Counted from the first letter of the stretch, positions 37,511 through 50,269 are shown. The stretch: 64,000 bases of DNA from Octopus sinensis (GCF_006345805.1 NC_043006.1:59582001-59646000), one strand, 5' to 3'. Notes: a model not told the origin generated them from the sequence alone. Numbers and translations are program-made.

Positions 37511-38310
37511 AAAATATGTGTGTGTTATTCTTATGTTACTCTTATGTATTGATTAATATGTAAGAGACAGCATCACGCGAGTGCTTGTGTATGTAAGTTT
37601 TCTTGCAAATATTAACAGTTTTCGTGTGCATGCGTTGCCGATTGTTTCCTTTAGGATAGCAGAAAATTCTATACGTTGAATCACAGAAAACACACACGTG
37701 TGTGTGTAAGCATATTATTGTAGAACACAATAATTTCCTATCAATCAAATCATTTGCTAAAAAAATCGCCGCATAAGTCCGCTCTGAAATGCAGTCCAAC
37801 AACGATTCTTTTACACAGTATGCTGTAAAACATCACGTGACACAAGCAATTAGCAATAAGTTGTTTTTTTTTTTTTTTTAGGCCTGTGACAATAGTCTAC
37901 TTTATAAAAATACAACAGAACTAAACACCTTGCAAAAATTGCATCAAACAAACATACAATTGGGAGGAAAAAACCTGTTTATCGCTAGTGCAGATCTTAA
38001 ACGGAAATCGCGACGGACTTCGTCAGTCAGCTTCAGTAAACGAAACAATAGTAAATGCATTATTCCACATCGCATGCATAACAACTGTGACTGGCCGACG
38101 TTCTGTACGAATCGGCATAAAAAGCGAATGAAATGAAAGAAAAAGCTCTTTAAATAAAATAAATAAATAAAACCTCCATAGAATTCAATGGTACGAGTAT
38201 CTCAAACGGGCATAATAATTGAATGTATATATATATATACATATATGTATGTATATGTGTGTATATATATATATGTATGTATGTATGTATGTATTATATA
38301 TATATACATC

Positions 38311-38348
<38 letters not shown>

Positions 38349-38371
38349 CATACATACATACATATTATATA

Positions 38372-38450
<79 letters not shown>

Positions 38451-39430
38451 GTATGGATTGTTGGCGATTTTTTTCCTCCTCCTTTTCTTTTAGACTTTCC
38501 TATGTCTTCTTATTCCGAAGAATAGCTATGCTCGAAACGTAAAACTATCACTCTTTCCTTCTCTGAGCGTCTTAATAATACTTTGCATGTGCTACGTCCT
38601 CGTGTTGTTGTTGTTTAATCTTGTCTTTTTTCGTTTTTTTTTAATTAATTAATTGCGTGCACATACACATACAAACACACACACACAAACAAACAAACAA
38701 ACAAACAAACAAATAAACAACAAACAACAAATAAACAATGTGGTGCTTGTTAAGTGCATGTTAAGGTGTTCGACTTACCATTTTATTTTTAAATTCCATG
38801 AATTCCTTTATAATGTGACGAAGGAGCCTCTGGCGTAAAATTTTGCTATTTTGGCACAATTTCTTTATGTATATATTATGTACAAGTTGACAGGTTAATA
38901 AAAATTGAATGACAATCACCAATCTGAATATATTTTCTTATAACCTTTTGATTAAATGATAAATTACAGAAAAATGTCGACCAGTAGTTGTTCTGTTTCA
39001 ATGACTTTCCTACTTTTTAAAACTAGCGTCTACAGGAAAAGCTGATTTAACTGTCGGCAAGCAGTGGTCCTGTGAAATAAGTTGATTGAAGAAAAAATAA
39101 GATCAGAATAATGTTAGTATATGTGTGCATAGAAACAGACATTTATAAGGATGTCCAGGTACCAATACATTACGGCTGTTTCGAGCGGCTCCATTTAATT
39201 GGTCAATGAAAACATTAAATCAGTTTGAAAGAAAACGGTGTCCTCAGATTTAGATGACCATACAGATTCCAACATAAAGTATAAACCATGGACATCCTTG
39301 TTATTTATTTACATTGTTACTTATTGACGTTCTGTTCACCCAATTTGGATCTGTGTAAACTAGACCGAACTGGCTTGGTGCCTCAATTTAAATACCTAAT
39401 TCAACTGAATATATATATACACATACATAT

Positions 39431-40150
39431 ATGGTACGAAAACAAAAGAGTTAAATGCGCAAGCAACGAGAGAAAAATTGGAAAACAAGACAAGTAACAC
39501 AGAGAACGACCCTTCATCAATTGTTGGCTGTCTATCTAATCCTCATTTTGAGCATTCAACCACAATATGAGTCTTCGAAGACGGTTGCTCCCATAAATTC
39601 CAAAATAAAATTTGGATTTATGGAGGTTCAAAGTTGGGAACAAAAACAGGACAGAGAAGACATACAAGGAAACCGAACGAAAACATAATTCTCTTTCTCT
39701 ATCTCTCCCTCTTTCTCTTTTCTTCTTTCTCTCTCTCTCTCTCTCTCTCTCGTTGCTCACACGTGACCCTTGTCCATCTTTCTTTTTCTGCACAACGTTC
39801 TAAGGACTGGATGCTTTTCTTTCTCTCTTTTCAAAGAAAATATTTCTCCCAGCGTTCACTATTTATCTCTCGTTCTGGTCTGATGACCCTCCATGTTTGT
39901 TTTGGTTTGGTTTCCTCATATGTCTCCTCTGTCTTGTTTTTGTTCTTAACTTTAACCCTCCATAAATCCAGAATATTATTTTGGAATATATGTGAGCAAC
40001 TGTCTTCGAAATTTCATATTGTCGTTGAATGCTCAAAATGAGAAGTAGATAGACAACTGACAACTGATGAGGGATCATTCTCTGTGTTACTTGTCTTGTT
40101 TTCCATTTTTCTCTCTTTGAGTATTTAACTCGTTTGTTTTTGTACTTCAT
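39431..40150. repeat. Inverted pair of ~257-bp repeats around a (TC)n spacer
   Basis: 39431-39686 versus 39893-40150, roughly 80% complementary. The ORF track shows matching peptides on opposite strands. Confidence 0.85.
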
Positions 40151-40401
40151 GTTATTTACACAGGTGGTGATATTTTGTAGTCATATATATATATATATTA
40201 TATATATATATATATGTGTGTATATATATAATATATGTATATTATATGTATAATATATATATATGTATATATATATATGTATATATAAATAATTATTATA
40301 ATATATAGTATATATATATATGTATATATATATATTATATATATATATATATATGTATATGTATATGTATATATATATATAACATATATATATATATATA
40401 C

Positions 40402-40450
<49 letters not shown>

Positions 40451-40468
40451 CATATATAATATATAACA

Positions 40469-40500
<32 letters not shown>

Positions 40501-40502
40501 CG

Positions 40503-40533
<31 letters not shown>

Positions 40534-40829
40534 CATACATACATATACATACATACATACATACATACATACATACATACATACATACATACATACATAC
40601 ATACATACATACATACATACATACATACATGTGTATACAGGTACATATCTATACATATGTACGTATGTAAACATTTAAGTACATATACACAGACATGAGT
40701 GACAGAAGTAAATAGACACACTTATAATCGTTAAAATTTTAAATCCGAAATTATACATTCAGATTATTTATTAATCATTATAATGTGAATATCTAATATT
40801 TAGAAGATATGCCCTTTGAATTTTTTAAT

Positions 40830-41640
40830 GCAAGGACCCTATTAGTCATGCAATTGATCAGATGAATATTTTCTCGAGGAATTTCTTTCCAAGATCCATG
40901 CAGTAATCTCAAAAGATCCAGCTTTGAAGATGCTTTCTTGTTCTTTTTACAAAGTGTCCTGTCCATTATTCCCCAGAGATGTTCAATAGGGTTCGTATCT
41001 GATGACTGGATTGTTTTGGAAGTTTTTTAATGCCCTTCTTTTCCAACCAGTCTTGGGTCTTTTTAGCCGTGTGATAAGGAGTCCCATCTTCCATAAATAA
41101 AGTCTTTTTTAATCAATTCACCACTGAAGAAGACTGGAAGAAGTCCTTTCTGTTATATGGGCACATATTTGTCTGAGTTTATGCTTACCTCCCACTCCAC
41201 CAGCTCTGATCGACCATTGCTCCAAATTTCTCCCCAGGCCATCTCAAAACAGCTATCATGTTTCATTTTTGGCTGCAATCTTTTCACATCAAATTCTTGA
41301 TCATAAAGTCTTCAAATCCACACTCGACCACTGTTAGAAAATGCACCAAATCTGGATTCATCAGGGAATATGACAGTGTCTCAAAATTCTAGTGGCCCTA
41401 TCTTCTCTCCGCTTAATATTGGTTGGCCGAAGTAGCTTCCTTCCTGCTGCTCTGCCATAGTAGCCAAGTTTGTGGAGATACCTGTTAGCTGTTCTGGGAC
41501 TGACATCAAATGATTGTGCTATGTCAGAAGCCAGGCTACGATGATTATCCTCCACATTTATCTTAACAAAGCGAAGGGTTGTCGGAAGCACTTAGTTGAC
41601 GTGGGCGAGATGATGTGGATTCCTTCCCCGCTCTGCAATT
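40830..41640 (-). mobile_element. Tc1-family (DD34E) transposase pseudogene
   Basis: HTH-like SLASDIAQSFDVSPRTANRYLHKLGYYGRAA, PDESRF (D1), FMEDGTPYH (D2), QSSDTNPIEHLW (E). There are 34 residues between D2 and E after restoring a 1-nt deletion. Confidence 0.85.
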
Positions 41641-41875
41641 TTACACTTGGCTAAGTCTATCTTCAGATTGGCCCACAATAAGGCCTCTTTGAAATTCAGA
41701 CAGGCTTCTTTTGTACGTGGCATGATTAAACTGTCGCATATAGACCCTGAAACATAAAAATGTCAATTAATAAGAAATATAAACCTTTTCAAGCTAAAAT
41801 AAACAAAAAAACGAGGGTTTTTTTGAGGTGTTTATTTACTTCTGTCATGTCTTCTGTCTAGCTCGCTCGCTCTCG

Positions 41876-41969
<94 letters not shown>

Positions 41970-41970
41970 T

Positions 41971-42007
<37 letters not shown>

Positions 42008-42149
42008 TATGTACATTTTTATATATACACGTGCGCGTGCGCACACACACACACATATATACCATTAAATGAATGACAGAAGAAGAATCACCAACACCAT
42101 CACACACCCTTACAATAGAATCAAAAACAACAAACCTTAAAAACAAAAA

Positions 42150-42850
42150 TGTCACTACTACAACAACAACTATCTGCACAGAAGCGGAACACCGTGCGAG
42201 TGAGAAGGGCCAATGAAAAGCTGATGGCCCTCATAGCACAAAATGAGAATGTTGAAACAGAGAGGGTGATTTGCGGCCCCAACACTTTTAGAGTACCGCA
42301 GAGCCTGATGATGGTGCGAATGACACTAGAGACTTACACGAACATAAAGCGGAGCTTCCTGTATGACACTGGATCTCCCAGAGTAACGGCCAGCAGACTG
42401 ATGTTAAGGGGGTTCCTAGAGGAACCCAACAAAACAGACAGGGTGGGAGAACCACTCGACCACAAACACCACCAAGAGGGTAAGTGACACTCTTTTTTTC
42501 CTTTCCTTACTTCCTGGCGAGCATGGCGGGTCTTAAAGTAGGGTGTGTAAATGTACGTTGCCTGGGGGTCGTCATGAAAGCAAGGACGCTTGCGCAATGA
42601 TCTCAGGTGGTTAAATTTGGATGTAATAGCCGTCAGTGAGACCAGGATCGCGGACACACGGGCCCAGGCTCCCATTTTCGATGACTTTGAGATTTTCGTA
42701 TCTCTTAGTCGACCGGGAATGGGGGTAGGGTGGCAGTATTGTTCAGAAAAGGCCTGGATTTTGGGATACGGTCGGTCTTCCAGGACCGGAAGGTAAGTTG
42801 TGTTCCTGGACGTCAATGATAATGAAGGCAGTGCTTTTAGACTCTTTCTC
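42150..42850 (+). mobile_element. Tx1/L1-type LINE: ORF1 end and ORF2 APE endonuclease start (ATG 42523)
   Basis: MAGLKVGCVNVRCL..LNLDVIAVSETR..SRPGMG..VAVLFRKGL..GKLCVLDV (APE domain), with frameshifts. Confidence 0.8.
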
Positions 42851-42869
42851 TCTCTCTCTCTCAAGCCTT

Positions 42870-44640
42870 ACAGGGTATTGGCCAGAAGTGATTTTTCTCT
42901 CCAGTTCTTCTTCAGTATCTTTTGTAATTCCGTTTTCATGTTGTTTTTTTTTTGTCTCTTTGACCATTTCTGTTATTTTGTCATCTGAGGTCAGTGTGTC
43001 AGTGTACTTTGCTTCTGTTTTGTATTTTGGCGCCTCCTTGTGTATAGAGAAAAACGTTTTCTTTTTCGTGTTGCTTTACTACATGCAGTAGTCTTCCCTT
43101 CTTTGTTTCTAAGTACTTTGCTCCTCCAACCATTGTTATTTTATAGTAGTTTTCTATCTGTATCAGGCCACGACCTCCTTCTGAGCAGGGCAGATATATA
43201 TTCTGTCTACGTCTGCTTTGGGGTGGTGACTTCGGTACGCTGTTAGTAGTTTTCTGGTTTTTCTATCTAAGTTTTTCAATTTACTGATCTTCCAGTTTAT
43301 TATGTTAAGGCTGTAATTTATGACCGGTCTGGTTAGCGTATTTACCCCTACTGTCTTATTTGTAGCATTTAGGTCATTGCTTGATATTAGTTCAACTCTT
43401 CTGTAATACTCTCTCCTAATTTTCTCTTTCATTGCTGTGTGCTGTACTTTAGCTGTTTCGTCTATTCGTAGATATTTGTACGGGCGATTGTGGTCTAATT
43501 CTCTAATTTCTGTATTTATGTCAAGTGCAGTGTTTTCGGTACTGAATAATATGCCTTTTCTCAGTGTCCATGTCCAGCCCCATGTTCATTCCTCTATATA
43601 ACTCTGAACAATTTTGAGGTTTCTCTGTCCCATGGTGCTCTTAGCCTAAAGTTTTAGGTCATCCATGTACAGGAGATGGTTTGTTTTTTGTCCGTAGCAT
43701 CTATAACCCATGGTGGTTTCGTTTCATAAGTCTGCTAGCGGGGTCAAAGAAAGGCAGAAAAGCAGTGGGTCCTCCTTGAAAATCCCTCTTTTTATGGGTA
43801 TAGTGTAGGTTCTAATAAACTATGATTAATTTGTTAATGTTATGCTGGTTTTCCAGTTTGCCATTGCAAGTTTAACATATTTTAGTAGTGGCGGGCTACC
43901 TTATTTGTATATAGAGATTCCAGAACACTGCCGAATGCTTTCTGATAATCAATCTAAGCCATGTTCAGATTTATCTATCTCCTCTCACAGTCCTCTATAA
44001 TTGCTCGGTTTACCAGAAGTTGCTCCTTACAGCCGTACATCCCTCTCCAGCACCTTTTTTGTTCTTCTGGTAAGACATTGTTGTTTTCCGGGTGCTTTAT
44101 AACCGGTTATAGATGACTGATGTTAGGGTTTTGTAGGATGTTGATAGGCATGTTACTGATCTGTAATTTTGTGGGTCTGCATTGTCTTTGCTTTTTGGAA
44201 TTAGAGTGGTTTGCCCTTCCAGCATCCAGTTTGTTGTTGATTCTGGTTCACTTATCAAAAAATTGAACGCAGCGGCTAAGTGGTTACGGATACTAGTGAG
44301 GTATTTCAACCAGAAGATGGGGACCTTGTCTACCTCTGCAGTTTTCCAGAAGTTGCTGGTACTCCTCAATGTGTCCGTGGTCTCTTGGCCTGTGATGCCG
44401 GGCTGTATCTTGTCCCCTTGCATTCTTCCTTTCCTTTTCTTTATTATTCCACTAAACATTTTTGTTGTTTTTTTGTTTTCTCCATATTGCTTCCTAGTAT
44501 GACTGAATCGCTGACGTTGTTGGCATGGCATCTATTGATATAGTTTTTCTGTTTAACTTTCCATAAAAATCTCTTTGTGCTTATTTTGAATTCTCTATTT
44601 TGTTTGGAGAAGCGTCCCCATTTTTCATACCGTTTTATGC
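42870..44640 (-). mobile_element. R4/Dong-like element, RT region (same family as 20950-21935 and 57993-59385)
   Basis: FWLKYLTSIRNHLAA..PQNYRSVTCLSTSYKTLTS, GIFKEDPL, LLYMDDLKL, MKEKIRREYYRRVELI..HHPKADVDRIY. Confidence 0.85.
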
Positions 44641-44649
44641 AGTAAGTAT

Positions 44650-45480
44650 TTGCTGCTATGCCCTCTTTAATTTTTTACGCCTTTTTTCAATAGGTTATTT
44701 AGGGATGTTCTTAGCTCATGCATGTTTGGTATGTATGTTTGGTAATAACTCGCCCTAAAAGCCCTTGTAATGTAATATTTTTCGGGGTAGACATATTTTT
44801 TTATTGCCGTCGATCTTGAAGGATCTGGTCTGCGACCATTTTTATCGATAACTTGCCCAAGATACTTTATTTCTAGCATGAAAAATTCGCATTTTTCCTC
44901 GCTAAGTTTGAATCCATAATCCTAAAACTATTTTAATATGTTCCTCATGCTGGCCTCTAGACTCACTTTTTATGAGTATACCATCCAAATATACTATCGG
45001 GAAATCCGTATCTGCAAGCATTGTATCCATCACTTTGGAAAATACTTGATGCCACCTTTATCGCGAAAACAAGTCGATTGAATTTATATGAACTTTTATG
45101 AGTGTTCAGCGTTAATAATTTCGAACATTCTTCCTCGACTTGAACTGTAAATACACCTCCGACAAGTTCAGTTTTGAGAAAAATTCTCCTCTGTTGAGTT
45201 TCGCAAAAATTTCCTCTGGGCTTGGCAGTGGATAATTGTGCGTCTTTAAACATTTGTTCATACTTGTTGAAAAATCGGCGCATACCGGTGTTTTGCAATT
45301 GTTTTTCTTTACGGTTAGTGCTACCCATTCTGAATAATCCACTTTTCTATAAACCCCAGCTTATCTAACCTAATTCCTCGTTGACTTGATTCAATGCGGC
45401 GAAAGGTACAGCTTGCTTCGGTTTAAACATCTTTTGGTAAGGTCATTATCACTTGTAAGGCTCTGCTGTATCTATTTATC
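44650..45480 (-). mobile_element. Ty3/gypsy LTR retrotransposon pol (RT) remnant
   Basis: FKPKQAVPFAALNQVNEEL, VDYSEW..CADFST..YPLPSPEEIFAKL..FSKLNLSEVYLQ, KFNRL..ASSIFQ, YLDG (YLDD variant), KYLGQVIDKNGRRPDP. Confidence 0.85.
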
Positions 45481-45506
45481 CTTTCATAGAGCTGTTTATT
45501 TTTCTG

Positions 45507-45541
<35 letters not shown>

Positions 45542-45542
<1 letters not shown>

Positions 45543-45685
45543 TATGTTTGACTTTTGCTTTATATTTGTACAAGTTGGCTCCAAGTCTCACCCAGAGACC
45601 TCAAGAGACAACAGGGTTGGAAGTTCATGTTGTTGTTATGCCTAGTGTGCCATATATTTGGGGGGTGGGGATGTTGTACTAATGA
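45542..45685 (-). mobile_element. Short (~144 bp) insertion between two (TAA)n arrays, probably a severely 5'-truncated R4-like 3' UTR
   Basis: (TTA)n at 45508-45541 and 45686-45725 flank ..ttgaggtctctgggtgagacttgga..caaacatag on the minus strand. Confidence 0.5.
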
Positions 45686-45726
<41 letters not shown>

Positions 45727-46077
45727 GGTGGTGATCTGGCGGAATCGTTAGCACGTCGGGCAAAATGCTCAGCTGCATTTCATCCATTTTAAACTTCTGA
45801 GTTCAAATGCCGCCGAGGACTTTGCCTTTTATTCTTTCAGAGTCCATAGAACATGGATTAGGATTCACGCCATTAACCGCAAGGAATAATCTCAAATTCG
45901 AGCCTACACTAAGCTACTAAGAATGCGATAGACTGGCGGTTGCACGGGCGCGAAAGCACGATTGCTTTTAACGGGTGGAGAGCTGAAACATCCTGGGGTA
46001 CAGAGGATTCGCAATCTAGACTAGGGTCTGAAAGTTTACCACACCATAGTGGGTTACACCATGGTTCCTCTGCTTTG

Positions 46078-46276
46078 TGACAGAAGTAGGAAGAAAGAGT
46101 GAGAGAAAGTTGCGGTGAAAGAGTACAGCAGGGTTCACCACCACGTCCCGCCGGAGCCTCGTGGAGCTTAGGTGTTTTTGCTCACTAAACAGTCACAATA
46201 CCCGGTCTGGGAATCGAAACTGCGTTCTTACGACGGTGAGTCCGCAGGCCTAACCACTGGGCCATTGCGCCTCCAC
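46078..46276 (-). mobile_element. SINE family A, 5' part
   Basis: Reverse complement of 46603-46800, with more divergence. Confidence 0.85.
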
Positions 46277-46369
46277 TTGTTGTTGTTGTTGTTGTTGTTG
46301 TTGCTAAGGCAAGAACTATCAGTATCGTTAGAACAGCGAGCAAAATATTTAGCGGTATTCCGTCCGTCT

Positions 46370-46998
46370 AGAGGCGGCGAGCTGGCAGAAACGTTAGCAC
46401 GCCGGGCGAAATGCGTAGCCGTATTTCGTCTGCCGTTACGTTCTGAGTTCAAATTCCGCCGAGGTCGACTTTGCCTTTCATTCTTTCGGGGTTGATAAAT
46501 TAAGTACCAGTTATGCACTGGGGTCGATCTAATCGACTTAATCCGTTTATCTGTACTTGTTTGTCCTCTCTGTGTTTAGCCCCTTGTGGGTAGTAAAGAA
46601 ATGTGGAGGCGCAATGGCCCAGTGGTTAGGGCAGCGGACTCGCGGTCATAGGATCGCGGTTTCGATTCCCAGACCGGGCGTTGTGAGTGTTTATTGAGCG
46701 AAAACACCTAAAGCTCCACGAGGCTCCGGCAGGGGTTGGTGGTGATCCCTGCTGTACTCTTTCACCACAACTTTCTCTCACTCTTACTTCCTGTTTCTGT
46801 TGTACCTGTATTTCAAGGGGCCGGCCTTGTCACTCTCTGTGTCACGCTGAATATCCCCGAGAACTACGTTAAGGGTACACGTGTCTGTGGAGTGCTCAGC
46901 CACTTACACGTTAATTTCACGAGCAGGTTGTTCTGTTGATTCGGATCAACCGGAACCCTCGTCGTCGTAACCGACGGAGTGCTTCCAGTAAAGAAATA
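46370..46998 (+). mobile_element. SINE family B inserted into an older B-like SINE (46304-47165) and itself interrupted by SINE A
   Basis: 16-bp TSD ggtatt[c/t]cgtccgtct at 46354-46369 and 46999-47014. Confidence 0.85.
46603..46986 (+). mobile_element. Young tRNA-derived SINE family A (384 bp)
   Basis: A box TGGCCCAGTGG and B-box-like GGTTTCGATTCC. 11-bp TSD AGTAAAGAAAT at 46592-46602 and 46987-46997. Confidence 0.95.
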
Positions 46999-47508
46999 GG
47001 TATTTCGTCCGTCTTTGCGTTCTGAGTTCAAATTCCGCCGATGTTCACTTTACCTTCCATCCTTTCGGTCACGATAAAATAAGTAGCAGTTGAGCACCGG
47101 GATCGATGTTATCGCCTAGCCTCTACCCTCAAGATTTCAGAGTTTGTACCTTTAGTAGAAATTATTGTTCTTGATGTTGACGTTATCGTCGTCGTTGTTA
47201 TCTGAATGGTATGAATAAGATTGCTGAGAGGATAAATGCGTTGTTATCAGCAGATGTATGAAATTCCACTGTTTCTCTCAATGACCTTTTTACTAATATG
47301 CCAACAAGATAACAACAAACCCGTTGAAACGCCTCAAGGTAAAACTTTTTATTTTCTGCTGCTCCAATTATCTTGATTAAAAAAATGCAATGCTTAGTGT
47401 TGAATATGAACTTTTTGTATTCCTTCATCGATACAAAAAGTGATGTTTGTGTGATAAATGCATACATATACACTGACATTTATTTACATACGCGTGTACG
47501 TGTGCCAA

Positions 47509-47544
<36 letters not shown>

Positions 47545-47582
47545 ACACACACACACACACACGTAAACATACATACATAAAT

Positions 47583-47709
47583 AAAATTATAATTTAGGGT
47601 ATCTAAGAAATACCACCACGCTTGAAATAGCAGCCAAAACTTGACTCTAAACTTTTGGCTGCTATTTCAAGCGTGGTGGTATCTCTTGGATACCCTAAAT
47701 TATAATTTT
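47583..47709. repeat. Near-perfect hairpin: 57-bp arms, 2 mismatches, 13-nt loop
   Basis: 47583-47639 versus 47653-47709. Confidence 0.95.
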
Positions 47710-48441
47710 GATAATAATTATTACCTTTGAAGGCTTTCATTCCCATGCCTGTCACTTGATAAGTTCGATATTTAAATAACGAGCCTATCCTTATATATAT
47801 ATAAATATATTTTGTATGTGTTTATTTGGCAGGTTTATATTGTATATTTGGTCTTTCTTTGTACTCACCTTAATTTGTATCTTATGCTATTTACTAATAA
47901 ACCTTTTCATTTACAAACATTAGACTTTATAAATATTACCAGCCTTATATATTTAGTCTATATTTATAGTCTTCTGGATCTGTACATTAAATTATCCATC
48001 TATCCAATTTTTTACTCACTATTTACAGGTATAACCTTTCATAGTATTAGCCTGTATACTAAGTTTATATTGGTACTTTCTTCAATATATATCTTAACTT
48101 TATTTTATGTTATTGATTTACATTTATACTCTTTTATGTATATGTGGATATATGCATATTAGCATTACTATATATTAGGTGTACCTGTACCTATGCATTT
48201 ATCTATATAGATGCACTTTGTATAGATGCACAAATCCCTCATCATATCTATGGAAATTCATATGGATTAGGTCACCTTCTCTGTGATGCTATCAAAACTT
48301 TTTTAAAATTCTGTGATAAGACTGTACATCATCTTTAAAGAACTTTAATGAACTTTAGAAATCTGTTTATGTTAATTAATTATCTACATTACTTCATGAG
48401 TATAGCCTCAAATACTAGGATGTCTAGAGAACTCACATGTA

Positions 48442-48532
48442 TTTTAGCTGATGAGTACGGGACTCGTTTATATGCTGTAATCTTTGCAACTTTTAATAAA
48501 ACCTGTCCTTGTATGAAACGATCGTACTAAAA
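48442..48532 (+). ncRNA. Type I hammerhead ribozyme, catalytic core intact
   Basis: Stem I TTTTAG/CTAAAA; CTGATGA; stem II GTACGGGAC/GTCCTTGTAT; GAA; self-complementary stem III ACGATCGT; cleavage triplet GUA (after 48526). Confidence 0.75.
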
Positions 48533-48569
48533 ACCTATCCATTCTTGTTGCTTCTTTCTCGCTTATATA

Positions 48570-48624
<55 letters not shown>

Positions 48625-49711
48625 CACCTTTGCATACACATATACGTACAAGTGTTCATGGTCGAAACGGTTTTGTAAAAATATTATACAAATTTATAAA
48701 AAATAAAAAGGTCAAAAGATACTGAATGTGGAAAGATGTTTCCATCAAGATGAGTATTTCAGGCAACTCGCTAAACACAATCAACTGTATATTTTCTGAA
48801 ATTCGGTATTGTTTTTTTTTATTTTATCGTTTATTTTTTTAAAGGAACGGCGTGCTCTCTGCTAAATTCCAACACTGACACCATTCTTTAATCTCCAAAG
48901 TGTGTCATCTGTGTGTGTGTGTGTGTACATAAATATATGTGTGCGTTCGCGATATGCGTGTGTACGTGTGTACGCACACGCGCCCCCACGCGTGTGTACT
49001 TATATTAAACTAGTATTAAGGGGAATTTTTTTTTTTAATTCATGAACGTTAATTTGAGAAGTACAATGAATTTCATTTAGTGCTAGATATTCCTTCTATA
49101 ACTATAAATATCACCTTACCATGACTCATCGAGTAAAGTGGATTCAGACGCGGCTCGACAAAGTCGTCAATACTGACCACTGGGAAATCAATGTGGCTAT
49201 TCTATGCTTCGATATTCCGACTATACCAATATAAAATGAATGAATTTTTATTGTTCTTTATCACTTTCGTGAAGTACTTAGTTAAATTTCTTTAGATATT
49301 TATTATTAAAAAACGGAAATAACACAAGAGTTCGAAGGAATTATTGCCTTTCAGTCAAGAAATTTTATAATTAATTATACTTTTAATTTCATTGTAAGAC
49401 TCTCATGATGGGGTTGATAAGTTATGAACGATTCCATGAAGGGCAGAATGATATATGAGGTTTACCCAGCCTCGGTCTATCATTCAAACTTCATAGATTG
49501 GTTTCTTCTTTTGTATGAAGGTGGAATAATAAGACTTATGTCATATGGGCAATCTAGTTATTGTGAATCTATGTTTGTGCATGTTTGTATACGCGAAAGT
49601 ATGTATCTTGAAAACGATTTAGAAGTTACTCGGGAGCATTAAGTTTTTTGCATAACGTTTCTCAAGAGCTGTTAGAAAGGCTATGACTATCTAAAATTAT
49701 ATATATATATT

Positions 49712-49784
<73 letters not shown>

Positions 49785-49792
49785 ATATATAT

Positions 49793-49839
<47 letters not shown>

Positions 49840-50024
49840 ATTAGTAAGTGTATACTGTGTATATATATATACGTACGTATGTATGTACGCATGTATATAT
49901 GTATGTGTGTGTGTGTGTGTGTGTGTATTTATATACAGTCAATCCAAATATGAAGAGAAAGCACAACAACGCGAGGACGTGGAATAAGTATAGTGTTATT
50001 GGACGCTCAGGAAAGGAAAGGGGG

Positions 50025-50059
50025 ATTTAACGTTTCGAGCGGAGCTCTTCGTCAGAAAC
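50025..50059 (-). ncRNA. Minimal (Penelope-type) hammerhead motif
   Basis: GTTT-CTGACGA-A-GAGC-tcc-GCTC-GAA-ACGT-T-AAAT. Core intact, short stem I, GUU triplet. Confidence 0.55.
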
Positions 50060-50269
50060 ATAGAAAAAGGAAAAATCCAAGAAAGGGAAGACGGAGAAAG
50101 AAAATCGCCAACGATACACACGCGGTCATATATTTTCACCCTATATAACTTACCGCATGTACATTTTGTCTCGTTTGTAATCTCCATTCTATATCTATAT
50201 AGACATACATACAGACTTCATACATGTGATCAAAAGTTTCATCAAGGTACTACCTCCTAATACGATATG

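Noticed and set aside
37760-38140. Promoter-like patch (TCACGTGAC E-box, CGGAAAT ETS-like site, retained CpGs)
   Set aside because: Short motifs are expected by chance and there is no linked gene or TSS evidence.
46603-46680. tRNA gene
   Set aside because: tRNA-like head of a SINE: continuous with a 300-bp body, flanked by TSDs and without a proper acceptor stem.
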